In this document: piece by piece, positions 25,521 to 40,147 of the stretch | Layout of the letters: each line of letters starts with the position of its first letter | How positions within the stretch are numbered: the stretch's first letter is position 1 | DNA from: Octopus vulgaris | Lineage: Eukaryota | Direction: 5' to 3' | NCBI GenBank assembly: GCA_951406725.2 | Contig: OX597827.1 | Coordinates: 4,898,001 to 4,962,000, forward strand | Length of the DNA stretch: 64,000 bases | Program-made: the position numbers and the translations under genes | The notes under the pieces: model-generated | The model's input: the letters and a program-made list of their open reading frames with translations, nothing else | The model's database searches: none | Told to the model about the DNA's origin: nothing

Positions 25521-27522
25521 TACATACATACATACATACATACATACATACATACATACATACATACATACATACATGCACACATATACACATGTCATCA
25601 TCATCACCATTTTTATGCCCACTTTCCATACTGGCATATAACTCCGATATAAAACCTGTGGCTCAGTGGTTACTGATGAGGTTGACTTGCTCTTCTTTTC
25701 GGATTATGACTTCTGTTACTTAGTGAGTGGGATTGACTCAGTGCACAGCCTTTCCCCACTTTAAAAAAGATCTTCTTGCCCAGGCATTGCACGATAACAA
25801 CATTGATTAAGCTTCGTGCAATAGCCTTACTTGATAACGAGGGGGCAGCCACCATATATATATATATATATATATATATAAACACTTATACACACAAGGA
25901 AATATGAAGTGACTGTTATTTCAAAGTTTTGTAATGGCTCATCTGAGTGTACTATTGCTAGTGAAGCATTGAAGGCAAAGAAATGCTTTTTTCTTGCCTC
26001 ACATAATAATTAAACTGTATTCTTTGAGTCATTTTCAGTTTCCAATGGGTTTTTTCATTTAATTTTAAGAACATAAACTTCAAATCAAATATATATACAA
26101 TACATATATACATGTATAAGTTTGTTTGTATAAATGGGAGGAAAAGAAATGAATATATAAATTTGAGTATGTTTATCATTTGTTAGCTGTGAAATTACAT
26201 GAATGACTCAAAAGTTTTGTGCTAAGGAACTTGGCAACTGTTTTGGCCACTTATATGACTTCACAGTGAATAATACAATTGGATACACATATATACACAT
26301 ACACGCACATGTATAAATATGTGTGTGTGTGCGGCCATATGTCACGACAACCTCTATGTGTCAAAGGAGTTAAAAACCCATGAGATGGCATAAATATGTA
26401 TATGTGTGAGTGTGTATACATATACATATATATGTAGGTGAGTAGGTCAATGTATGAGTGTAGTGTGTGTGTGTGTTTATGTATGTATGTATCTGTTGTA
26501 TGTAGGTGTGTGTAGCTAGGTATGTAAATGTATGTGTGTGCATGCATGTCCACACATGCTGAAATATGTATTTGGGTTAATATCAGGTTAATAATGCAAT
26601 AAAGTAAATGATAATGTTATTGTTGAAAAATCCATTCATTTTTCAGTATATATATATTGTTTTTATTTTTGTTACTTGAAAGAAAAACCTATTAGTATCT
26701 CTGTATATTGTTTCAATAAGTGAAGCAGTGTAGCAGATTGTAAGATAGATTTATATCCTTTCATGGTTGGCAAAAATTGGCCTTGTTTTCCACAGCAACT
26801 ATTGCAAGTTGAGAGCTGTATGAAATTTGGTTGTTTCATTGGAGATAATTTAATTGTTGGTTAATGCTGCGTTACTTTAGATGTTAGATGAGGTCTATAC
26901 ATCAGAGGAAAGCATGTCTCAGGAATGACTGCTTTGACATAGACTATTAAAATTGAATAAGGTATTTGAAATAGCTACATTGTAGTAGGACCTGTAATTC
27001 TATTTCTGAAGTACACTGAAATCTGTCCAGTAGATTAGTTCCAGTTCAATGGCGTATGTGTTTGCACATCGTTCAAGTATACTGGGTAGTATTCAATTGA
27101 TGTTTAGGATCATTTACTTCTCTCTCAAAAAACAGCAAAGTAGCCGACCCCATGGGCAACATAAAAGATGCTTGTAACAGAGATGTAATGTTGTGAAGAG
27201 AATTTATGCATGAGTAGAGCCTCATATAACAATATTGAGTTAACTCTTTTTACTGTCAGTGCTGTAGCAAACAGACATATCTAAGTATTTACATTAGTTT
27301 CCAAACAGCAGTCCTTATTATTTGATAGCAGACATGCAAGTTACTTACATTACGTGCTTAAATGGATTTTGTGAGCATAGTTCTCTGACAGACTACGCTT
27401 TGAATAGTGTTGAGATACGCTCTTGTAAAATTTACACATAAAAATATCCCGTGAGTATAGTAACTTTTATTTGGTGAGAGTTAGAGTTATTATATGATAA
27501 AATATCCCTTATTTGTAGATTG

Positions 27523-27728
27523 TCAAGTTTGTGAATACAAGCAGCGATTGGTTACATCGACTTGTGTAGATTTTAAGTTTATGATATTTTTGTCTTGGTT
27601 AAAATATCTAAAGTAATGTTGGTTCATACATTTGCTGGATGTGCCAAAATCTTTAGGTTTGCTGAGTGGCTGGAGTAAGGGCTTCTTACCTGAACTTGGA
27701 GTCTGTTCTTGCGGAAAATACTTTAGAC
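27523..27728 (-). CDS. Pcdh: Protocadherin terminal coding exon (G-LKYFPQEQTPSS...NRCLYSQT*)
   Basis: Acceptor tctttattcttgtacag|GT in phase 1 completes the split Gly codon; 67 further codons to TGA at 27525-27523; a minus-strand AATAAA lies about 50 nt downstream (near 27466-27471). Confidence 0.8.
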
Positions 27729-29249
27729 CTGTACAAGAATAAAGATTCAATAATATAAAATCATATGTGAACGTATTTGCATGTGAAACTATAAAACATG
27801 AATGTCAACAAATATATATGCATGTAAAAGTATACAAACTTCTTTTCTATGTCATATTACTCATATGATTAAATAATGTAGTCGTAAAGTGTATGAGTGT
27901 ATGTATAGGTCAGTTTTGTTCTTTACTCATGATAGAAATTATTATCAGTAAATAAATTGCAGTAGTAGTAGCAGCAGTAATGGTAATTATTAATAAATAA
28001 ATTATTCACCATCCTCATTGCAATTTTACATCTGCTTTACATACTGGCATGGATTGGATGGATCATAACAAGTTAGTTCTCATTCGGAGTTATTACCTTT
28101 GTAATCTGGTTCAAGATTGACATCGTAATTATACATTTCACTTTTGGTATGATTTCTATGTGTAGATGCCCTTCCTAACACCATCTTATCTACTTGATTA
28201 TGTTGTCTCTGTTCACTCACCAACAACTTTACAGAGTGTATTGGGTGCTTTATATCATGGCACCAATATTTGATTGACTGCCTTCTTACAGCAAGAATAA
28301 AACAACAAAAATCTTCTCTATTCTACATTGTCTTACTCTTTCAAGATATTCATGACGAAGAGCATTGAATAGGAAAGGATAATAACTATGAAAGTGAAAG
28401 AAGAGACTGTAGGAGTGTAATGGAAGAGATTGAGAAGAATGTGACGGAGAGGCAGCTGGGTTTTGGTATGAGGATGAATGGGAAACAGTGTTGTTACTAA
28501 TGTCAATATCGTTGTTGATCTATGTTGAAGCACCTGGTTATTTTTAATAAAACTGTAAAGTGGGATTTTATCCAATTCATTTTGATGTAAGATTTCACAA
28601 TGATCATGTCTCAAGTCCATCACTTGACAAAAATTTTGCCCTTTAGATTTTTTAAAATTCTTTTTAATTGTCAGTAATTAATAATATAAGCAAGCATCTT
28701 CAGGGTGAGCAGGAAGAAAAATTAGTTACAAACCAATGTAGCACTAATTACACCCACTAAAGAAAATTTGGAGCAAAATATTAATACTGAGTTTAAAAAG
28801 AAAAACAGTCATTTACACTTTAGCAGATAAAAACAAAAACGCATGGACATTGATGTGTTGCTTGTTATCATTTTTGCTATATAATATAAGTAGCTTGTGT
28901 GGATACGATATGAATTAGTACGTAAATATGCAAGTCTTTACAATCCTTTACGACTCAAGAACTTATTCCAGGGCTATATTTCCATTAAGGGAGAAGAAAG
29001 GAAAACAGCTAAATTGGTACCAGTAACAAAAGGTGATTATGTTCATGGGATGCCCTGAAGCAACCGAGGTGGTGGCTTCAAACTCATGTGTGGGTGGGTC
29101 GTCCTTATTTTTGTTCCACTCTTCATTTTTATATAAATATACTTATGTGTATCTTCACATATATTATAAACCTTTTTCATAACATGTATGAATGGACCAG
29201 CCTTTATGGTAAAATTAAGTGATAAGTTATTGTTGCTGCAGTTCTTGTG

Positions 29250-29435
29250 CTACATAAAAAGCACCCAGTACACTCTGTGGAGTGGTTAGTATTAGGAAGG
29301 GAATCCAGTCATAGAAACCAAGCCGAAACAGACTATGGAACCTGGTATGGTCCCTGACCATACCAGTTCCTGGTATGTCAAGCTGTCCAACCAATACTAG
29401 CATGGAAAATGGATGTTAAATGATGATGATGTTGA
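29250..29435 (+). mobile_element. (GAT)n-tailed SINE, diverged (inside the protocadherin intron, antisense to the gene)
   Basis: aaaaagcacccagtacactc...gagtggttagtattaggaaggg...catggaaaatggatgttaaa(tga)n. Confidence 0.75.
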
Positions 29436-30080
29436 TGACAACGACAATGACGGGTTTGCAATATTTTCAGGTTTCTTACTGCTGTTTGGAGTATATTCTT
29501 TCTGTAAAACTTCTGGGGTTTCCACCAAGTGCCTTTCATATTTACAACTTATGTCAGCATTAGTTAATTTTATTGGAATTTAAAATGTTCTAGTCTGTTG
29601 TTGCTGCTGTTGATTATACATGTGCATGTGTGTGTGTGTGTGTGTGTGTGTGTACATATATTTATATACATAAATTTATAAGCATATATACATGTATATA
29701 TATACATATATATGCTCACATATAGAAATGGTTACATGTATATAACTATATGAACACACATTATTGTATTCTGCATCATTCTTGAAGATAACGTGTGTGC
29801 TTAGCATTAGTTTTTTGCTATATTCTAAATAAAAGACTAATCCTGTTGATAAGAGTAGTTGAAATTCCAACTCACAAACGATAAATGAATATTGGAGTTT
29901 ATGTTTAAAAATGCTCTGGAATGAAATGGTTTGAATAAAGAAATGTTATGCCTGAAATATTAACAACTCTCATGTAAAATATAATTTATTTCTCTTTTGT
30001 TTTAAAATCGTCTAAAAAGTCACAAGATTTTATGAAAATAAACTTAATCTTTTATTACAAGAATAATGTCAAATTTATAC

Positions 30081-30237
30081 CTGGTAGAGTTTCATAATGT
30101 CCAGCATTTCTTTCATTCCATTCTTGATTATTTTCTGCATTTGATGGGATTGTTGATATGTCATTAAGACGGTCAAGAGACACAATTATAGGCTCATGTT
30201 GGCCTATGTCCGAGGCCCTGCTTGAGAGAAAATTGAT
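30081..30237 (-). CDS. Pcdh: Protocadherin cytoplasmic exon (INFLSSRASDIGQHEP...NAGHYETLP-G)
   Basis: Acceptor ctattgtatttacag|ATC in phase 0 matches the upstream donor; open 157-nt frame; donor CCAG|GTATAA in phase 1; non-repetitive coding-like sequence 1.2 kb from the main exon. Confidence 0.85.
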
Positions 30238-31484
30238 CTGTAAATACAATAGGCGGACCACTGTAATGTAAAACTACATCTGGAATTATAGACTAAAATG
30301 TATAAGGGATAAAACTACTGTCAATCAGTAAGTTTATATGGATACTTGACATAGCATTATTACAAAATTAAATTTAAAATAGTATTGAATCATGAATTAA
30401 AAGTCTAACTACAAAACATTGGCATCAACAAGATAGGTCAATACTAATGATTTATTAGAAAAAATATTTTTTAAAATATCAGTTTTGCAATAATCAAATT
30501 GTTCTCTCTAATTACTATCTCTATGCTTAATCTAATTGAGATGCTGCGTTGTGATAATTAATGTTTTTTTTTCTTGCATATTAATTAGAAAATACAATTA
30601 ATCATGTAAATAGCTGAAAAAAAGTTCATGTAAACACTTTTAGAATTTTTTCATTGCTAGTATTAAGTATCCTTAGCAATAATGTTAATGTGTTTGATTC
30701 ACATCTGCTTATACACGTGGGTATGCAATTTGTGATATGTTATTATGTCAATGCATAATGAATCACTTGTTTCTAAATGAAATGATATGTATTCTGTTAT
30801 ATGGGGTATAATTTATTCTCTGTTATATTATGTATTCTATTGTAAAATGCAGCTTATAATTATTTATATCATATGTTAGAAGAGATGGTATGTATATACA
30901 TTGTTGTGTAAATCCTTTCCATAACGGCATGCATATTAATAACCATTTTAAAATCATAAATATCTCTGAAGGTAATTTGAGAATATCAAATTGACTAGTT
31001 TCCTAAGGATGAAAATGGAAATTATCTTACTCAGAGTTTAAGGGAATAGAAGAATAAATATAAAAATAAACTACAAGAAAATTTCTGTCATTCAAGATAG
31101 AAGGAAACCCAAGTGGGATGTTTGTATTTTAGTTCTTCATTTTTCTATATCTTTTGAAAATTTAAATGCTAAGGAAGATAAATTATTGTTTATGAAAATA
31201 TTTATTATTTTCGCCATTTTCTTGTACTCTCTGATTTATATAATTTCCGTTTCTATGAATTTTAATGCTAAGCAATTAACCTATTATATAAATCATTGAA
31301 GGCTTCTTAACTCCACTGCATAAGCTATAATAATCTGTGATGTAATGTGTATTCTACAGAAATTTCAGCTTAATGGTAAAGTTGAACATAGGTTTAGAGG
31401 AAATTACTTCTGGTGTAATAAACATTGATAATTGCAGGAAAGGAAACAAAAGAAAGAGAAGTAGGAATGAAGGAAAATACAAAC

Positions 31485-33872
31485 CTGGTGAGATTGTGTA
31501 GTAAGGAACTGAGGATGGACTTCTGCAGAGGAAACTTCCCAGTCACACCCAGGTTCATAATCAGAATTTGGGTCTCTTCTTATTAGTGTTGCTTTAGGGG
31601 TGCGATTGCAGTCTGCATCTGTTACCATAGCAACTGGGATATCATATTTAGGTGACATTAGTTCACAGACATATCCTGACTGTCTTTGTTCACCAACAAA
31701 CTCATTGTTTGTAGCGTACTGGACGTCTCTTTGATGCCTTTTATGGACAACACATACTATCACTGAAACTACAATGGCCACAGAAACTATCACTGCTGCT
31801 ACCACAATTATAATCATCAAGTTAATATGAATTCTGTTGTCTGATTCCGTGTCTTCAGCTGTGTACATTCTGGCTGTTGTATTGCTAACAGTTAGTGTCA
31901 AAGACAGTGTAGTGGTTGCTGATAAAACTGGAGTGCCACTATCTTTGACAACTAAGTTCAAAGTATATGATCCAGCATCATTTTGGTAAATGGGACGAGA
32001 GAATGATATAACACCAGAATAGGGGTTAACTGAGAATAATTGTCTGTTATTTCCTCCAAATATTTCATATCTGAGGAAAGCATTCACATGACTGTCTCTA
32101 TCAGAAGCTCTTAATGTTGTTATCTCGGTGTTACTTTGTGGATGGTAGTGGACATCCAGATTAAAGGGATCAACACTAGGAAATGTAAAATATGGAACGT
32201 TGTCATTTTTATCCATCACTTCAACAATTATATTTGCTGTATCACTTAAAGAGGGTATTCCTTTATCTTCTACCAAGACTTTGAACTTATAAACATCTTG
32301 TTTTTCATGGTCTAATGTTGAAATTGTTGAAATAAATCCAAAGTTTGAAATCTTGAATGGGAGAATATCTTCATTGTTATTCAACAGGGAATATTTTAAT
32401 TCTCCTCCAGATCCTAAGTCTGGATCTGAGGCATTTATAAAGCCCACAGGAAAGTTTGCTTCTTCATTTTCATATGTTTGGAATCTAAATAAGGATTTGA
32501 TAAATTCTGGTTGTACATCGTTTATATCCATTACTTGTATATAAAAATGTTTGTCTGTCTTCAGGGGTGGAAATCCTTTATCTTCACAAGAAATGGTAAA
32601 ATTGATATAACTCTTACTTTCTCTATCTATAACCTTTTTTACTATAACTTTATATTTATTTCTTCCAAGACCTTGGAGCTGCAACTTATCATGGTGAAGC
32701 AAACAATGAACTTCACCATTCTGTCCAATATCATTATCAGTGACTTTTACATAAGCAATAAAGCTACCAATTTTTACTCCCTCTGAAATACTGGCTAGAT
32801 GTGCTGCTGATTTTGATATAAAATTCATGTCTATATCAGGAGGATTATTCTCTTGACTATTTATATTCACTAAAACCATAGCAACTGAGCTCAAAGATGG
32901 ATTTCCTCCATCCTTGGCTTTAACATACAGTTTGTATAATTTTTTTGATCCTGGTGGAAACTTTTGCAGTTGCCAGATTTCTCCTGTTGATTCATTTAAT
33001 TTAAAATAGGCTCTGGCACTCTCTGATGTTTTGGAACTGAACTGGAACATTACTTTACCATTTTCACCAGAATCTAAGTCAGTTGCTGATAAAGTGACTA
33101 TAGGCATTGATCTTTGATAACTATTTTTGATAGAAACATTGTAAATATTTTGGGAGAAAATTGGGGAATTGTCATTTTCATCTCGAATTAATATTTGGAG
33201 ATTTAGAACACCTTCTTTAGGGGGATGGCCACCATCTTTTGCAATAACTTGAAGTTGATAAGAATCTTTCAGTTCTCTGTCAAGTTTCTCTTGTAAAACT
33301 ATTCCAAGTTTAGCAGAACCATCTAAGTTTCTGAAAACAGATAATGTGAAAGGTTCTTGTTTTGTTTTCTTTAGATGATAAGTTATCCGTGAACTTTGAA
33401 TGCTTACATCATTATCCATAGCATTTGGTATTGCTGTCCAAGATCCAATGCTGTCTCTTTCAGAGAACATTATTTCTACTTGTTTCTCTGGAAATTTAGG
33501 TTGATTGTCATTGGCGTCTTCAATAATAACTTTGATTTCTAATATTTTTACAAAAGATTCTTTGTGGCTGACTGCAACATCTACTATTCTGAAACATTCT
33601 GTCTTGTATTTACAAAGAGATTCAGCATCTAATATTAATGAGGTATAAAATTTCCCTGTCTTAGAGACATTAAATAGCTGAGAACTGCTAGTAAGTTGGC
33701 TAAACCAAAGAAGACTGTGATCTTGTGATGGAATACTGCTTCCTAAATGTGAGTCAATAGCAATGTCTCCAATGTATGTGCCTGGAGCTTGGTTCTCTTT
33801 CACATTATAGGTTATGTCAACAGTTTGTGATAATTTCGGAAGAAATAGTAGTAACAATATTGGCACCAACAT
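31485..33872 (-). CDS. Pcdh: Protocadherin, large coding exon (signal peptide, EC1-EC6, TM, start of cytoplasmic tail; codons 1-796)
   Basis: 822-aa ORF: hydrophobic leader MLVPILLLLFLP; cadherin linker motifs DANDNQP, DENDNSP, DINDVQP, DKNDNVP; LDRE/IDRE/LDHE; ATDLD/ASDPD/ASDRD; C-x5-C in EC1; TM LMIIIVVAAVIVSVAIVVSVIVCVV. Acceptor tttctttttttggtttcag|(33911) lies 39 nt before the ATG; phase-0 donor CAG|GTTTGT after 31485. Symbol is family-level only. Confidence 0.96.
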
Positions 33873-36225
33873 TATCTTTATAATGATTTTATGAAGTCAT
33901 TGATAGTAAATCTGAAACCAAAAAAAGAAATGTACTTCTCAAAAACCTATTAACAACAAAATATCAAGAAAATATACATATGTTTCACATTTTAATATTT
34001 TGTAAGATAATATTTAGAATTTACAAGGTGTTGTTTCTATTATTGATAATATTTAAAAGAAAAAGTCTTTAGCTGACAATATATATTATTCAGTGGTTCA
34101 ATATTGTAGTATTCAATATTTTTAAGCATATTTTCAGCTTTGAATTTTTCAGATATTATAAATTTTTCCATAGTCAAATTGACATTGTAATCATTCAATA
34201 AATTGCCTCTATTATGATCAAATTTTCTAAATCAACTGTAAAACAGTAGTATGTATGTTGTAGACTGAATGCTGTATCTAAGTTGTAAGCAGTACATTCT
34301 AACCACCATGAGAAAATAAATTTTCTTATCAGAGCCAATATCTTAGTCTTTCTATTAGGCCTACCGCTGATTAATATCCTTTCTGTGGGGAAACTCATTG
34401 TAACCTAGATTCTGGCAAGATTTAATGCAGAAATTTGGTTCTGCAGGATATAAGCAGGGAAGGTTCAATCAAATAGAATATGGGTGAAGTATCTTGATTT
34501 CTTTTCTTTTTTCCTCTTTTCCTTTCCTTTTCTTTTTTTTTTCTTTTCTTTTTTTCTTTTTTTTTTTGCTTCAAATGAAGTAAACAGTGTAAGAATTGCT
34601 ATGCTGTACCACATTGACTATTATCTTCTTGGCAACAACACCTTATTAATGAGCAAATCGTGCAGGCAATGTAGTGAAGAGATTAATCTGAAAAGAATAC
34701 ATTAACAACAAAGGGGTTTTTTTTCTGCTTTGCTCACAATTCATTGATGAGACAAGTCTTCTGCTAGTTGGACTTCTAAGAAGAAGAAAGTAAGAGATTA
34801 CATGTGGGATTGGGTTAGGAAGGTGGTAACGATTGAGGTTAGAGGTGAGGAAGCAGGCCTTATCTTTGATTCAAGATGTTCTTCAAAGATGCTAGAGGTG
34901 GATATGAAAAAGGTTGTGAGGAATGCTTCCAGGTTAATGAAGGTGAGCGGTCAAAATGGGTTTTGTTAACTCACTTTCAATATAAAGCAGTTATGGTGGA
35001 GTGGAGTAGGGTGGTGTTGAGTGGGGGGGGGGGGGAGGGGGCTTGAAGATTGCAGAAGCCTCTGGCTGGTTGTTTGGATTTGAATAGAACCTTTAGATGT
35101 TAGTTAAATGAGAATGAACAAATTAGGTATTGAGTGGTGGTGGGATGCATAAATTTTGTGAACAAAACAGAATTATTTCTTCATCATTAATATGAATACA
35201 GATATTGATTAAATTTTGTTTCACTGGTCAGTGCTGTTATTATTAGAACCATGTTCAAGTTTTAATGCAAATATTACATCAAATAATACTTCTGTTGCTA
35301 AATAGATAGGAATTAATAAATCTTGCAAAATAAAATATTTAAAAGGAGTATCTAATATTTTATTAAAAATAAAAGTATCAAAGAATTCAAACTGGAAATT
35401 AGTCTATCATGTCTGTGAGTATAAACTTGATGTCTTTATAATCTGGAACCATTTTCTCAAACTTTAATACAACCATTAATTCCAGTACTTCTCCCCCCTT
35501 CCTCTCCTCAGCCCCCCCCCCTCTCTCTCTCATATTAGCTCACTTGAAATTCAAGAAATTTATATTCTTGCAACATGACCAATAAAACATTGAAGCAAAT
35601 GAAAAGAAAACAAAGCAACTGTATTAATTATTGCAAAGTGATTTCTTTAGTGCAGTTTGCTTATCTTTGTTTCAAGTCTGCATTATCTTCTAAAGGAACA
35701 ACTTTGATGTAATATTGTAAATTGATATCTAATTTAACTGAAATGTAGCTGATCAACATATAGCATTTTAGAGCATTTAAGCTAATTTATATGTATACTT
35801 TTTAGCTCTGGCACAATATCACTGATGATATGAGAATCACATACATGTTGCCTAATTTAATTTGTAATGTTTTAACATTGATTAAGTTAACTTTCAAAGA
35901 ATGTAATTGTTAAAGACGGTGCCTTATAATTGCAACTTTAGCTTGAAGTCTTAATACAATTAAATCTTAATACAATTAACAAAATTTGTAGGCTGAATGA
36001 ATGTTGAATAAAAGAAGGAAAATACCAATTTAAATTGCATTTGACAAGAAACGAAGTCATTCAGTGTGTATAAACAGTTTTGAAATTTCTATGTGAATGA
36101 TAAAAATTTGAAATATATGATGTACTTATTGATAACTAATCACATAATTCCAATGCAATTAATAATAGCCAATACCTGTACATGTTCATATTAATTTTTA
36201 CACCTTTCTTTATAAGTATAGAAGC

Positions 36226-36248
36226 TAATAATAATAATAATGATGATG

Positions 36249-36315
<67 letters not shown>
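36226..36315. repeat. (AAT)n microsatellite
   Basis: Direct inspection; source of the poly-N and poly-L ORFs. Confidence 0.95.
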
Positions 36316-36504
36316 TAAATGCATTTTTCATAGGCAAACAAATAGATCTAAAAATGTCATACACTATTTAAAATAAATATACATTCAAAGATTGACAACA
36401 TATACCAACTGCTTGTAAAGGAGTCTATCATGTAACTGAGTTAAATGTATATTGGTATATTCTGTATATATATGTAATGTGTGTGTAATATATGCCTGTA
36501 TAAG

Positions 36505-38030
<1,526 letters not shown>

Positions 38031-38880
38031 TATCTATGTTGCTAAATAATATTAGTTAAACATAATTATCATGTGGTTGATAACATGAAAAAAAACAAAG
38101 AAAAAGCATGCCAACCAAATGTGTGATATTTCTAAATAACAGAATGTCACCAATTTTATATTACCTGAATGTCACATATACTTCACTGAAATGAAATGTC
38201 AAATATTCAACAATAGACTAAATTAGTGATATTTCCAAATAGCCAAAATTGAGATATTCATATAGATTAAATGTTAGATATTCAGTAAAGTATTTCTAAA
38301 AATGCTATATGAAAATTACTTAAAAAGTATGTGTTTATCATAAGAACAAAGTAAAATGTATTCAACAGAGTTAACTTTCTTCAATAAAATCTCTTTAAAG
38401 TATTTCTCTGTAGTAAATTGAAAAATAATTTCTACTAATAAATAGTATACTAGAGTCATTTTAAGTTGAGATTATAAACAATTCTTTTTCTTTTCATTTA
38501 CTTTTTTTAAATATCTGAGTGATGTAACTTTATTTCTCTAGGTATTTGTGAAAAGAACTTAAAGTAATTGTACATGTAATAAGACTAAACTCTAAAGATA
38601 ATTTCTTTAATGATTAGATTTTAGTTATGAAGCTGCATAGATTACCCTCTCTATTTAAAAAGTAGACTATATTTAAAATTTTAAACATTATATAGTTATC
38701 TATACACTGTAGTATATTATATACTTTTCAAAATTCACAACACTTGATTCGTTTTAACTTGTAAAATGAAGAATCTGATTTTGATTTTTTTTTAAAAGTG
38801 ATACTTTTAATTTCTTTTTCTGTAATAGAATGCAATATAAAGTAACTGTCTTTAGAAATAGAAAAGATGTGAGCACTTAC

Positions 38881-39170
38881 CAATACTGCAAATTTTTCTC
38901 CAATGTGCCGATAGCTGAACTGTGTATGTATCCTGCTGTAGAGTTGTACAGTTACTGCTGCTGATGTGAGCCAGCAATACTGTGTGGCTTGGTCTGTGTT
39001 GTGTGAGTATGAGAGAGAGAGGTTTACATTTCTATCAAGTATAGTGTGTATGTAATGTCTGCTACAACCAATAACAGGCTGTTTATGGTTCCCATGGAAG
39101 GAAAACGGAAATTCTGCTTCAGATTCCAGCTGTAAAGAAGTAGATTTAATACAGAGATGAGTCACGTATA
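38881..39170 (-). promoter_or_regulatory. Candidate 5' non-coding exon and proximal promoter of the protocadherin
   Basis: Strong donor TTG|GTAAGT at 38881/38880 ends a relatively GC-richer non-repetitive island; nearby CCAAT (~39067), X-box-like GTTCCCATGGAA (~39088) and TGAGTCA (~39158). The main exon begins with an acceptor, so an upstream exon is expected. Confidence 0.5.
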
Positions 39171-40107
39171 TTCTTAAAAACACTAAATAATTGTTATATA
39201 TACACTTATTTATTGCTAATGTAAAAGAAAAGAAAAATCTATCAATAAGTATAGACATGCAACTGTTTGAAAATACCTTCATACCTGTTAAAAGAAACCT
39301 GTAAACCTATGATAACTAGGTGGGTTTTTTTTTCATAAACTGAAACATCAATCACTTTTTCCCCCCATTTACAAAATCTTAATATCACTGTGACTTTTTT
39401 TTCCTTATCAGTTCAGTTCTTATTTGATGAACATAGATTTATCCATAATCAAAGTAAAAGAATTATCAATAATAAACATTACAAAGAAAGGTTTAAGATT
39501 TGAGTGATCTACGTCAATATGAAGAAAGAAATTTGTCTTATAATAATAATAATAATAATAAAAAAAATTCAGAAATCTGAAATGAAAGAACTAGTGCTAT
39601 CAAAGAAATGTCTATTGCGATATTATTGAAAGAGAGAAAATAATACTTTTCCTGAAAACACTCAAACTAAATAAAAGGAGTAAAAAAAAAAAATGTTGGC
39701 TGAAAACTATGATGTCTCAAATTTTCTTTTGCTATCAAAAGACACTTATTTTATTTTTCAATAGAGGTAGTGGAAAAAGTGAAAGTGTTTAAATATAAGA
39801 ATTGAATTAATATTTCTAGCCTTAGTAGAAAAAGAAAAGTTTTAAAGTTGCCCAAAACCAAACATAATTAAAAGCTAAATATCTCATTTATAGTGATAAT
39901 TTGTGTTTTTGAAGATACTTTCTATTCAAGGTAAAGAACTAAGTTGGTACCAGGAACAAAATACATGTTAAATTTTACACATATGGACACATGCAATTTT
40001 ACATATCAATGCACACTATCCTGCGCTGCACACACACACACACATGTGCTGCACACACACACACACACTCTCTCTCTCTCTCTCTCTCTCTCTCTAAAAC
40101 TCTCTCT

Positions 40108-40147
<40 letters not shown>

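Noticed and set aside
25665-25720. CTGATGAG as a hammerhead core (also ~19313 and ~61976)
   Set aside because: No stem II, GAAA or closing stem I follows.
31404-31484. Last 26 codons of the 822-aa ORF as the true C-terminus
   Set aside because: They follow a phase-0 donor, are T-rich and intron-like, and two phase-compatible exons lie downstream; kept only as a possible intron-retention isoform.
38728-39282. 184-aa minus-strand ORF
   Set aside because: No recognisable domain, AT-rich composition, and it crosses a strong splice donor; more likely a chance frame over a UTR or promoter.
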